Positions 13,144-25,738 of a stretch of 64,000 nucleotides of DNA are shown here, piece after piece. A program made the position numbers and the translations under genes. Each line of letters begins with the position of its first letter. The first letter of the stretch is position 1. Source of the stretch: Phoronis australis (Eukaryota > Animalia > Phoronida); assembly GCA_002633005.1 (NCBI GenBank), contig NMRA01000036.1:726440-790439 (forward strand), read 5' to 3'. The notes under the pieces are model-generated. The model did not search any database and had not been told where the DNA came from. It saw nothing but the letters and a program-made list of their open reading frames with translations.

Positions 13144-14643
13144 ATACTGACAAATTCCCCACAGTCAGCAGTTGCATAATTTCTGCTGTGTTCCTCACTT
13201 AAATTTTATAGTGTCTGGCGCTGAAGTCAGATACTAGATAGACTGTAACTAAGTAGTTATGAAGCTCATAAAGTTAAATCAGTTTTGTCCAAATCATAGA
13301 AGCACAACTACGCAGATTTTCATATTCACCGTTTTGCTTTGATCACTGCGTTATCAAGACAATAAACCTATGTACACTAAACAGTGCAAACAAACAAGAG
13401 GTATACTCAAACGCAGCAAAGAAGTTGAACGACATTCTAGTCCACCTTTTCTTGATGTGCTGGTTAAATGCTAGAGTCATGGTATGGTTACATCTACTTG
13501 CCGTAAACCTGAATTCTCTGGCGTATATATGATGTTTGACAGTATAAAAAGGGTTTAAATTAGTTAATAACCTTATACACCATGCTGCTTGGTAAATTTG
13601 TTCCAGTGACTTGGTATTTGAGAAGGATCTGACTGTCACTCTTGTACTTTATTTAAAGCCAATGGTTACCCATAGAATTTTTGGACAGTTGTAAAAAAAT
13701 GTTTTTTGTCAATATGAAAAAAGTTAATGATGCTCTTCAGTTGGGTCCTGAATTAAGAAAAGTTTATTTCTCTCTACCGTGTGTTGGTGCTGGTGGTCTC
13801 AAGCTCAAGTCCTGTCAATCCTAGTGTTCAGCCTACCTTAAGTTTGTACCCTTGTGCAAATGGTCTTTCCTTCTATATCATTTGAAATCGCCCATTCAAA
13901 TGTTATTGATTGGTTTATAGATTAGTTGTAATGACTGTCCTGAATTCTACATTGGTCTCAGGACGAATAGGTTAGGTGATACATTAGCCAAGTATAACAC
14001 CTCTGAGAGTAACAGTGTTTCCTGGCATTTTCAGTCTCACCAGCATGTTGCCAATTCATAAGACATTATCCATTATAGAGAATATTAAGAGATAAGCTCA
14101 ATATTAAACAGACTTTGGCCATTCAGACTGACAAAGCTGCACATTCATTCGATCACCAGCAGAGCTTTGTTGTCTTGAATAATGGTAGTTTGATGTGTTT
14201 GGGTATACCTGCCTTTTCCTTCAGTTAGTTTAGTGTTTGACACTGTTTAGTGTACAATTTGGTTAATTGTCTTACCTGGTTGTGCTGATTTTTAAATTTT
14301 TTAACCTCATAAGAACTGATGATACTCGTTTTCTTCTTTTTTCAAAGAAAACCATTCTTACACTAACGCTTATTTGTGCTCATATCAAATTCAAGAAATG
14401 ACTCATCTGGTTACTAGGTACATTAATTTGCAGTTCAAAATACTGGCAGCATTCACCTGCAACAATATGTATGGGGCAGCCATACTAGAATAGGGCTGCA
14501 CCTTCTCAATTTCTGAGCCTGTCATTGGCTAAAAAGGCAGCATTTAGCTCCACCTCTTTTCTCCCTTAATATTGTCATGTTAGGAGGGCATGAAGTGCTG
14601 TTTAATAAAAAAAGGTGGAACTTGAAGTGTGTGGACTTTCGGG

Positions 14644-16386
14644 TAGGCCTTTTTGCAGCGTACGTCCTGCACTAATATGGAAGCCCTGGCAAGGACGCCC
14701 AATGTATCATTTGGACGCCCACTATCAATAGGAACCTTTCAAGTTTGGACACAGACATTGTAATGGTCACTAGGAAGCCTATAAAGACTCACAGTGGTGG
14801 CTCTTTTTTCAAAGCAGGAAGAAAATATACAATGTACTGTATTCGCCGTAATAACCGCCCATGCCCCTATAAGCGCCCCCCACGCGTTTTCAGACTTATG
14901 CTAAAATAAGCGCCCAGTCCATGAACGTGAGAAAAATGTCTTACCTACAGTCCTAAAATTCTATAGTAACGTCATCAATTTATCAATAATATCCGACAGT
15001 CCTGAAAAAATCATTGTGCGCAGAATTTGTAGACCACGAGCCTTGCCGCTATGTCGGTATTTAGCCGTGACTATACACTTCAAACTTCTGCCATGCCTCA
15101 AAACGAACACAAAGGTTTTGCTGATCTTGCGAGGACCAATGGTCTGACCTTTCAGAGCAGACGTAGTGTACTTGTCTACGGGATTGTTTTGAAGATATTA
15201 ACCGCTTTCAACAGGAATCCAAATTTCTTTGTACACGTGAAAACCGCGAATTGAAGACAAATAAAAAGCTTGGCCAGTGTTACAAGCACGTAGCCAGGAA
15301 GCGCGCGCTAAATACATGAACCTGTCATCAAAGACATTACACCGAAAAATTACTGTCACGTACGCATCCAGCCACACGGCGACTAATATGGGCCTTACCG
15401 AGACAAATGTCGAACGTTTTTAGCACATGAGACCGCCAAGTGCTGAATGAAACACGCTCTGGTTTAGGCCTACTGCTTGTGCAAATTTCTTTAGATACAA
15501 TGCACATCTAGTAGCTCGTTAGATTGCGTGGCTCTGGCCAAAAGACGGTCTCTGCTCTGGCAAATGAACTCTGGTGTCACGCACGCGCTCGCTTACTCAA
15601 CACAGACGAACTTCTAAACAAACGTCACGTGACAACATGTGTGTTCGTCCAGAAATTTTTCTCATGTTGCCGATCATGCATGTAAATGGCACGATGTAGC
15701 ATAGATTGTACTTAAACCTGACGTTAATCCCGACTCCACGGGAAGTTAAAAATCTTAGGAGCGCTACTTGGAAAACTTCAGGAGGATTTCAGGTAATTTG
15801 CTTGAGTCAAAACTGTATTTTTATTCAAGAATTCAAGTCGCCATATCGATGATTGCGAGGCAGTCAGCCGGTGAGTTTTTGCCCTGGGATTTCAGCACAA
15901 TTTTCTGTAAAATGATGGCAATACACCACAATTTTGTAGTAAGTCTTTCATAGATTACAGATACGTCACAGAGCTTAAATGTGATGAATCTTAGCTTCCG
16001 ATTTCACCCGTTGGAGACCGACTTTCAACGGCCTTGGGTTATAATAAACCCCCCCCGAAACGAACTTTTCTAAGCGCCCTGGGCGGTTATTACGGCGAAT
16101 ACGGTATTTACAAAGTATATACAATGTTGCTATGCTCACACTTGGTTGATAGCATTGTAAAAGTCTTGGTCTGCACAGTTTTTTTTAGTAAAAATGCTCA
16201 CTGCAGAAAGCTGTTTTGTAAACTTAGATGTAAAAACCTTGGTCTATGCATTTTTTGTAAAAAATAATCTGCGTGTTAGGGGGGATTGCTGGTGGTGGGG
16301 GGTTACGCGTCGGAATCATGGACGCCCTGGAATATTGGGAACCCCATTTTGGACACCCTATTTTCGAAATCCTGGATAAAGACCTG
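14644..16386. mobile_element. hAT-type MITE with 8-bp TSD, interrupted by a Tc1/mariner-type insertion
   Basis: CTTTCGGG at 14636-14643 and 16387-16394; termini (C/T)AGGCC...GACCTG; uninterrupted sister copy at 45882-46330. Confidence 0.85.
14837..16104. mobile_element. Non-autonomous Tc1/mariner (pogo/Tc2-like) element, TA TSD
   Basis: 25-bp TIRs C(T/C)GTATTCGCCGTAATAACCGCCCA flanked by TA on both sides; absent from the sister host copy; no transposase ORF. Confidence 0.85.
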
Positions 16387-16776
16387 CTTTCGGGATGTCA
16401 TATCCGGGAAGATATATCTAGCCACACATGAAAAATGAAGTTGCCACCTGACATGGTCATAAGATGAAAATACTGGAGCTACAGTCTATGGCCTAGAACT
16501 CTGGTGGGCAGTTGGTGGGAAGCGAGGTGGGGTCGTGCCATGTTTCATGTAAAGTGCAAAATCCAGGTTGAAATTCTCAATCAATGTTTTTGAAAGAGAA
16601 AGAAATGATTGAAATCCGTAGCTTTGATAATCCCGTACGTAGGCAGTTTACAATCAGTATAGGATATACTGAAATATTGTTGGACCTGGAAATTCTAGTA
16701 AAATGCCAGTATCTACCAGTAAACGTAAAACATGATGTTGTGTGGTCCTGCTGAGACTGTTTGTTACTTGATGTAG

Positions 16777-16901
16777 ATTTAACATTACGTGAGATGAGGG
16801 TTACCATGGAGATAGAAAACAAGCGAGTTTTGACAGAGGTGAGGAAACTGCACAGGGCTGAGCTGGAAAAAGCTGTGGCAGAGACCAAGAAGAAACAGTG
16901 G
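16777..16901 (+). CDS. ZMYND8: ZMYND8 coiled-coil exon
   Basis: DLTLREMR...EKAVAETKKKQW, the diagnostic pre-MYND motif; TGG|gtgagt. Confidence 0.94.
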
Positions 16902-17859
16902 GTGAGTCAAATAGTGTCAGTACTTCTTTATCAGTGGGTGGGTCAAAAATATCAATCTCTTCTCAACAATGAGTGGCAAATGTTCAGCTTTGTTGGTCTT
17001 CTTGCCATCGGCCATACACTGTCACATTAAGTTTATATGGGTGTACACTTTCTCAGTCACATTAAAACAAACCTCGCTATCTGAGTGGGGTTCACATGAC
17101 ACGAACCTGTAGTAGAGTTCATGTGACACTTTACAAATTTCAGTTACCCTATGTTCTATTTTGCTGTAAAGCCATCACTAATTGCCCTTCTGCATACAAT
17201 AGGATTTAAGTTCAGATTCCTTCTTCACGGTAGCAGGAATTGTTCAAACCTGCTGACAAGGTACAAGGTGCTGTGAAATAGGCCGCGTTTCTAATGGGTT
17301 TCTTGCTCTATGCTTCTTTATAAATAATCACAATCAAGATCCATATAAACTGGTCACATTTACAGGAATCATTGGCATGATTCACTAGCTGCAAACTTAT
17401 TTTTACTAGCAATTTGGATGCTACAGTTTAGACAGCTAATTATATTCACACATTGTCTACTCAAAGGAACATGCTTTCAATGTGCCCAGGGACAGTATAG
17501 ATCTTACTTTTTCTACTTTTTAAAATATGTCCTATTTTTCCTACTATTTCTGTAAATTCCTACTTTTTGAAATTGTATAAAAAATCTACTTTCTTTATTT
17601 TTTCCTACTTCATGACCGATTCACTGCATTTAACTCATGAAGAACAGAATACCTGGTCAAAGTGTTTTATCAGTTTGTTAAGCATGCAAATCCCGAATTG
17701 TTTGTGCACCATAGTCTTCTGACTCTGATTGCTTGCACACCTGTAATTATTATACAAAATAGTTCAAGTTGTGCTAAATTGAAAGTTGGTGGCAAAGTTA
17801 CTCAGTAAATGTTTGTACTTGGAGCAAAAACATTGGTTTATCTTTAAGTTGTTAAGTGC

Positions 17860-18170
17860 CGTCCACACACAGACTTACCCTAGAACAAGTTACTCCTGGA
17901 ACGAGTTGTCGCTAGGTTTGAGTGCTGTGCGGAAACAATTTAAACTAGTGCAAGTTACCTCACTTCTGATAGTTTACTCCACCTTATTGAGGTAACTTGT
18001 TTAAGGGTAACTTACAACTCTTCTAATGGCTATATGGCCGCAAACTTGGGGTAAGGCGGAAGTAATTATCAGCTGCGGTTACATAACAGACAGGTCTTCT
18101 TTTATGTGCCGTATTCGCATCAACTTTCATTGTCATGCATAGAGCGGCAACTTCCACCTTACCCCAGTTA
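17860..18170. repeat. Dispersed repeat; inverted copy at ~27050-27425
   Basis: acttaccctagaacaagttactcctg..gtcgctaggtttg..aaactagtgcaa occurs reverse-complemented at 27330-27422. Confidence 0.75.
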
Positions 18171-18256
18171 TCGGATGTGCGTGCGCGTGTGCGCGCACCC
18201 ACTGGATCAGTTTGTGAATGTATCTGTTATGTTTTTTCATCACTCCTGATCTGAGA

Positions 18257-19005
18257 TCAATCAATCAATCAACATGTACGATGGTTCTGTCCAAGATTTA
18301 ATAAGGTTCAAAAGTTTATAATCCATGAACTTGGACTCATTTGGAAGAGAGTTCCAGAGTTTAGCGCCGTACACTGATAAAGAGTTTAAACCTTGGCGCA
18401 CTGTTCGACATTGTTTCACACGTAGCACAGATTTATTGCACAGATTATGATGTGACGCTTTTTCCCCAAAGAGGTACCACATGAAAGGGGGTGACACCTC
18501 TAGAAGGATCGCGCGCTTTCTAGACAGTTCAAGGGTCGTGAGATCTGCTCTAATGAGGAGTTCAGTCCTGATACACAAATCTGAGTGCCCTGTACTGTAG
18601 GCGCTCGAATTATGCAGTGTTCATTGCGCGGCAGAAATGCCACACTAAGTTACAGTAACTAAAGTGTGACAGGACAAAGCATCTAAAAATAGTAATCCGT
18701 GACACATGGTCAAGCTGTCCTGACAGCCTTTGAGGGACACTAAGCTGCGCCGCAGCCTCCCGACAGAGAACTCTGGTGTTCTGTGCAAAACTTAGCTGTT
18801 TATCCAAAGTGACACCCAGCAATACTACGGTGTCTTCAGAGGATATGATATCACCTCCGATAGAGTCTAGTGGCACTGCCGCCATTTAACATATTGACCT
18901 GAAACTTTGATGAGTTGGCCTCCATCATATTATCCCAGAACCATGAGATCGCGATCTCCGACTCTGATGTTAAAGTCCTAATGACCTCGGCCCTGGAGTC
19001 TTATG
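18257..19005 (-). mobile_element. 5'-truncated CR1-group LINE (CR1/L2/Crack-like), degenerate RT C-terminus
   Basis: WFWDNMMEANSSKFQ, VLLGVTLDKQLSF, FVLSHFSYCNLVWHFC, GAKLWNSLP; (TTGA)n 3' tail. Confidence 0.88.
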
Positions 19006-19062
19006 TTTCCCTTAATTCACACCAACATTATGTAAAGATAAAGAGTAATTGTTTGATTTCAG

Positions 19063-19242
19063 TGTGCCCACTGTGGTAAAGAGGCCATGTTCTACTGTTG
19101 CTGGAATACCAGTTATTGTGACTATCCATGTCAGCAAGCTGATTGGCCACAGCATATGAACACATGTACCCAGGCTGACAATCAAGAGTCTACACAGCAG
19201 GCTGTTGGTGGCAGTGAACAACAGACAGCCAATTCAACACAG
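19063..19242 (+). CDS. ZMYND8: ZMYND8 MYND zinc finger exon
   Basis: [35 protein letters not shown], a ZMYND8-type MYND finger. Confidence 0.96.
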
Positions 19243-19331
19243 GTGTGGATTATTAACTCAGATTACATCATTCTGTCATTATTCATTTGTCGAATTAAAA
19301 TGCTGATGTGTGTGGGAATGAGAACCTTTAA

Positions 19332-19890
19332 GTAGGGGGTGACATCTCTTCCACCTGGGGAGTGATGCCCTCTTAGTGAGAGGTGCCACCCTCCTATTAA
19401 GGTGACACCCATGTAGGGAGTGACACCCTCCTAGTAGGGAGTGGTACCTACTTAGTGAGGAGTGACACCCTCCAATAGGGATATTCCTGACCAGGTTTGA
19501 ACCTGTGCCATTTGTTCGCACCTGATGATAAAAGGTGCGCCTTTTTTCAAAAAGTTGTGCCCAGCAGATTTAGTATAATTAACATGGTAACATATGAAAC
19601 AGAAACCCAAACCCCAAGGGCAAGCAAAGTATAAGAACAAAATTCACGTTTTACCCGACTGGCTGTAAGTTGACTAGAATCTTGCATTTTGGGAAGAGTG
19701 TTGCAATTTAAATGATGTGCCAAGATGTGCCTGGGGGTGCACTACTGCAATGTACTTGCGCTTTTTCATTTTTTATGCGCTAATGGCGCGAAGACGCAGC
19801 CCAGGAATATCCCTGCTCCTAGTTAGGAGTGACAACATCCTAGTGGGGAGTAACGCTCTTCCACTGAGGAGTGACACGCTCCTAGTGTCA
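19332..19890. repeat. Degenerate ~21-bp tandem repeat split by a ~320-bp insert
   Basis: ggagtgacaccctcctagtag-like units at 19332-19490 and 19805-19890; insert bounded by ATATTCCTG/CAGGAATAT. Confidence 0.65.
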
Positions 19891-20049
19891 CTTTTGTTAG
19901 TGTATCAGTGTGCAATAAATTGTCTTCATTGTATAGTAAATTATTTTATCCACTAGAGCTCAAACATAAACATCTTTTTTGTGTCTTTGGTCCTGATTAT
20001 TTAGTTCAGTACAGGTTACATATTACAATTTGTGGTATTTTCATTGTAG

Positions 20050-20187
20050 ACTATTCAGTCCAGTACAGTTCAACCAAACACAGCCCCTGTGCGGTACATG
20101 ACACCTGCTTCACAGACCCGACCCAGCCCCACTGAAATGAGATACATTGCACCATCAGCTGCACAGACATTAACTTCCATTGCCCAG
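20050..20187 (+). CDS. ZMYND8: ZMYND8 C-terminal low-complexity exon
   Basis: ttgtag acceptor, CAG|gtaata donor, 46 open codons, phase 0/0. Confidence 0.75.
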
Positions 20188-21471
20188 GTAATAATACTTG
20201 TCAGCTGAATTGTGTTGCCAGTTGTCCAGAAACTCTTACTTCATCTCAATGTTTGTAATGTTTTTATGAACTCCTGTGTTTACACTTTGTTTTCTCATTA
20301 GTCAAGGCAGTCACTAACACCACTCAAATCTCACTACACAATGACTGCAAAGTAGCCAGATGCCTGTGATTCTCATTGGCACCACTCCATTGTCATATGA
20401 ATCGATGCACACTTTTCGCAAGAACCGCTGACATCATCGCTTTGTGTCCTCACGTTCTTCACAGTCAGGTTAACGTGACTCTTCTCAGCCCAATTCGGTA
20501 GATAGAGCACAAGGTCTACGGACACAGGCTGATTAAAGCGATAAAAATGTGAAATAGATGTGGTGGCACATTCCTTAATACTTGTTGGATGAACGTTTGC
20601 ATTTAGATCCTAACAGTTAAATGTAAGTGATTAAAGTAGTTGATGTCAGCCTAATTAGTAAGAAATGTTTGTGAGATTTGTGATAACAAACTAAAAGGCT
20701 TCCACGGTAACGACCATGAACTTGTTTGTCGTTCATCTTCTTGTGTCTAACAGTTATACCTCTTGCAATTTTGCGCGTAATACCTCGTGAAAAAATGTTC
20801 ATTGTAAAGAAAAATGACAATAAAACCTAATGACATTATGATAACCTGCACCTACAGTGTAGACCAAATTTATCACACACTGTTAAACAGTCCACATGAA
20901 ACCACTTTTTTCAAAGCTAACAATTTTGGAATTCTTATTTGAATGAACCCTATTGCCCAACTTCGTTCTTTGAACAGCTAAATGGATAATTATAGGAGAG
21001 GTGTCAAAGCCTGGACACCCCCGCCCTTCAGTTATGCCTTTGCTGGTAGGGTGGAGGTACAAGAGTATCCACAATTTTATGCAATTGCTTTGGGTATTGG
21101 GCTCACAAATGCAACAATATGTGCTGAACGTTTCAATGGCGTATACCATCATTGAGGGAAATAATGAGAAGCCAAAGGCTTTATCATACATTCCTGGTGA
21201 TACAGCTGTGTAATAACTGCTGTTCAACAGTGAAATGCAGACAAACTACTGTTCCATGTTTCTCGTGAAATACCTATCATTATTCTCCATACAACTTAAG
21301 GAAATTGACTAGAAGTTACTGTAGTTATTTCGCTACAGCTGTGAACCTAAAAGTATTTGTAGTGTTCAGTGTACTATTATCTCCACACTGGTGTTACTCA
21401 TCACATAATGCAAAATGAAATGCTGAATAGCAGTAATACAGTGCCAAGAAGAAGTAAAATTATAAGTTCGC

Positions 21472-23076
21472 TTATTATGCGCCCACATATCTATATGTGG
21501 ACGCATTATGCCATCATCTCCGTCCGTCCCTTCCGGCGTCTGCTACTCTATCTCCAAAACCCCTTGACGTATGTTCATGAAGTTTTGCACAATCGTCATG
21601 TGTTCCTTCCATGGATGGGACGGCATGAGCGAACTTTCGCAGACCTGTGTACCATACGCAAAAAATGCAGATTCGTACGGAAATCAAGCCTCCAAGCCTT
21701 CGTAGCATGTTGAGCTGACGATAATACTCAAGGCACAGTCGAGCCTCGAGGTCTTTTTGCATGCAGTACGGTGGTACGTGTTCACAGACACTTGCAATGA
21801 ATAATTGTTCAAAACTTTTGTGATTGATTTAGAAAATATCGTCTGGTGCGAAACATTGTTCAGTGCAGATTCATCAACACATATTTGCAGATATGTTTTT
21901 GTGTTAAGAAATGAGGTGTACATACATGATTTATCATTAGGTTAATCATTAGCCTAATGATTAGACATGTAAAGACAACTAAGTTCAGTAAGGACATTTG
22001 ATTAACAGGATCTTTTCACTTAGCGCGTTTTCCCTCAATTAAACGACTTAAATTATTCTGAAAATTGGTGATCAAGTCACTGCGTGTGTTTTAGAGGCAA
22101 GTAAGTAGGAAAACTGTCCTCGGGGAGAGGGGGGGGTCATTTAAGAAACCAAAAGTTTGACTAAACAAGACAAAAGTCCACTAAAGAGGCAAGTATTCGG
22201 CGAAAGCTCTGATTGTTGAGCAAACCCGTTGTTTTTTTCTTTTTTTAGTTAGTGAAAGGTCCACTGTGAAAATTAACCCCCCCCCATATTTTAGGGTAAA
22301 TTTGGTCTGTACTCGAAAATCTGCAAATTTACTGAAAAAACTGCAAATCTGGTGTTTAGAGTACTCCAATGGAGTTTTGGTGGTACACAGGTCTGCTTTC
22401 GGATGGATCCGACAACCGGTGTGCCCCCGAGTGGCAATTTTAGTTTTTTACACTTACCTCTAAGTATCTTCAAAAGTCCTTAATGGATTTTAATGAAATT
22501 TGATATGTAGGCACCTATTAGTGAGGTGACACGATCCTCTCGTTTTCGGATGGATTCGACGGAATTTGCGCCACCTGGTGGCCGTTAAACTGTTTTTTTG
22601 CGTCCACCCCTCTATCAGCCAAATCGCTCAAAGGATGATTGTGAAAATTGACACTTATGTTCTTACTATGAAGTTGACATCTGACGATGATTTTCCGATG
22701 ACTTCAACTACTGTGGCGCCTCCTAGTGGTAGTTTTGTTTTGCGCCCATAGCTGTATCTCCTAAACCCACTGCAGGATCTTTATTAAATTTAGTAAGTGT
22801 ATTTGTATGAAGATAACAACAGATGACGACGACGACTTTCAGAAGGGTCCAACGGACGCTGTGTCAACTAGTGGCAATTTCATTTTATTCTGTTTTCTTT
22901 TGTTTCTCTGAAGTTCCTTGACAGGTTTCTATGAAATATGGCATGTTCCTGGTTTTGGATGGATTGTACGTTTTTGCGCCATCTAGTGGCCATTTTATGA
23001 TACAAATAAATTACCCTAAAAGCACACCATCTGCATCGCATTCATGGGCGCAATTCAATGCTCCGCGTTGCTCTAA
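21472..23076 (+). mobile_element. Full-structure Helentron-associated (HINE/DINE-1-like) element
   Basis: 5' hairpin ATGCGCCCACATA/TATGTGGACGCAT, (CCGT)n-like tract, central ~147-bp repeats, 3' subTIR ATGGGCGCA (23044), 3' stem-loop CAATGCtccGCGTTG. Confidence 0.72.
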
Positions 23077-23507
23077 ATTAGTTGAATTGGTAAAATTTAG
23101 AAAGAAAACTTCTTAAAAAATATGTGAAATACTTCAGCGACCTCGGGTGGCCTTCGAGCGACTCGTTTTTATGGTAAACAACATTCTTGCACAAACTTGG
23201 GCCAAAATTGAGTTTGCTGCAATTTCAAGTATCAAAAATATATTGTAATGAAGTGAAATGACCTTTTTTATGTAGCTGAATTTTATAAAAGATTTCAGAC
23301 TAAACGTAAAGCCCACAGTCAGTGTCGTCTGTGACCGGCAATCGACAAACCAATGCCTTATTTCTGAAGCAAATTTATGAAAAATTAATTTGCACATTGA
23401 AGTCACATGCCAGTATATTTTTATCTTGTCAGGCATTATGTCACTCTAATGATTTTCCAATATTCATTTTTTCAATTTTGTTCTCAGTAATCCAATGTCA
23501 TTTGTAG

Positions 23508-23666
23508 GTATTGCCCTCTGCCAACATGCGAGTACAGTTTGTGCAGCCTTCTACCACGCTCATCTCATCACGTGGTCAACAGCTGGTCACTCCGGTGACC
23601 AATTCTTCTGTAATCTCCCGTCCACTTATTCGAAATCAACCAGCTCAGTTGATTGGACAACAGCCG
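23508..23666 (+). CDS. ZMYND8: ZMYND8 C-terminal low-complexity exon
   Basis: tttgtag acceptor, CCG|gtatga donor, 53 open codons, phase 0/0, Q/P/S-rich. Confidence 0.72.
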
Positions 23667-25555
23667 GTATGATCTCCTGCCCTGTCTTCTATCAAATGTC
23701 AACTTTCTTCTGTAATTACTGAAGCTTGTATCGATTATTAGATAACAAGTGAGGCCTATAGACTGTTACACCCCAGTCTTATCTACAGTTGCCCAGTATT
23801 TGTTTATACCTGGTGTAGGCAGGGGTGAAACAAGGAGTTTTCTTTTGAGAGGGGTGTCAAATGAAAAATTTTGTTGTGACATGTATTGTCTCTCTTAGCG
23901 CACCCTTGTGACACTCTTCAATATATGTGCCTCTATGACATGGTAAATTAAGCTCGCCCTGAAATTAATCGAAATCCTGTCATTCCTTGATTTAAAGGAA
24001 CATGCCAACAAAAACGATGTATTTTGCATCAATTCAACTCAACTAGTCCTATTCGATAATAGCACATTCATCGTTTTAGCTGACACTAGATGGCAGGCGT
24101 ATTTGCTAAAATTACAATGTGACCTCAACGTGTCAAAACTGTAAATTCAAATATACAGCTTAGGAATAATGTGAAAATGAACAGTGGATTATGAATCGCC
24201 AATTCATTATTCGCTGTTCTTTTTCACAAGTTTGCACTCAGTTCACAACAAATCATTAGTTCTGGAGAGTTGAAAAATCAAGCTTTGCTTATCTTGCCAG
24301 TTTTCACCCACATGAATTCCTAGCTGGGTTTTGACATTCAGTCATACACTGTTGACCGGAAGGCTAAAAAAATTGATGCCCAAGGATGTCACTTGTCCAT
24401 TCTTGTACATACTTGACCTTGTATTTACTTGACCTCACATTTTTGTTGTGTTTGTAAAAGGTGGTGTTGTTTGCATTGAAAACGTGTTAGCTTTCGTTAA
24501 AACCTTGCTACGTGGACTAGACAGCTATGTTTTTAATTCCAAGAATACCTTCAATTTCTAGCACATTTCAGAAAAAATCACTGCTCACGATTTCAAATAT
24601 GAAAATATGACGAAAAACTTTGCAATCTCTGAAACCTATTGGTTACTGGGCAGTAAAATGATTATAAGGTATTATAAATGTGAGACCCGTCTAGCAGTAA
24701 TTCTAAGTGTATATAATAAATGAATCTTGCCAATCCTGCGCTGTCAAGTTCAAAGACCCACCCATCAGTATGTGTGGTTCGGTGACATTGTTTGGTTTTT
24801 TTGCTCTGAAGACTTGCCTTGATAAACTTGTTCCCTTATTCCACTTTGATTACTTAATACTTGCCAGTCAATTATTTCATGGATTCCAATTTCAGTTATT
24901 TATTAATCGTAAAAGGTACAGCTGGCTGACAATTAGTAAGTTTTATGTACAAACATGCTGGCGTGTAAAGACACCGTAAGATAAAGTGCAAGACAAAAGT
25001 AAACAGACAGAATACAGTTCCTTGTCATGAGGGCTCATTTAGTTAACGGCAAAGATGACTGGAAATAATTATTTTGGTGACAAAATTGTAAACGAAAATG
25101 GCTTAGCCACCTCTCTTACTTTGCTGTTATTAATATCAGTCAATCTCAGTCATTTGGGAATACTGCTGTGACAAATGAATGAATTCATCTTCTACCCAGC
25201 TGTCATGGCAGTCTGGGCCATGTTGACTGATTGCTTTTAGCTTGTACTGTAGCTGTGCAGTACATTTATTGGGGAGTCCCAAGGTGTTTGCATTTTCTGA
25301 AGTTACAGACATATCTGACGCTAGTATGACTGTTTACTTTTTGAGTGAGCTCACTCCCACCTGACATTTTAGTTTTTACTGGTGAAGTTCAAAGTAAGGG
25401 TATGTTTCTTTTTGTTAAAACATCCTAAAATTGTTGTAGAGTTCCATCTGGAATGTCACCCATCTTTTGTTTAAGCAATGCATTCACCCCCCCCTTTCCC
25501 TTGTAATATATTGTCCTGGATCCGCCATGCTGTCATCATGTTCTCTCTATTGCAG

Positions 25556-25738
25556 ATACAGCTCCAGTCAATACAGTCGTTGGTACCTCGCCAAGCCCTG
25601 ACAAGTTTTAGTCTTCAGCCTAGACCCCCTCGTCAGTCGGTTGTGTACCCAGTGCTGACTCCTCAGCAAGCTGTCTTGTCTCAACAGTCCTTGCTGGGGG
25701 CCAACCTCCCCACCTATACGCCACCTGGCAGGTACTGA
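25556..25738 (+). CDS. ZMYND8: ZMYND8 probable terminal coding exon
   Basis: Polypyrimidine tract plus tgcag acceptor; IQLQSIQ...TYTPPGRY* in phase 0. Confidence 0.75.
   Translation: MQLQSIQSLVPRQALTSFSLQPRPPRQSVVYPVLTPQQAVLSQQSLLGANLPTYTPPGRY

Noticed and set aside
19138-19146. QQADW instead of QQAHW as loss of a MYND zinc ligand
   Set aside because: That position is not a ligand and Asp is common there; the final H-x3-C ligands are intact
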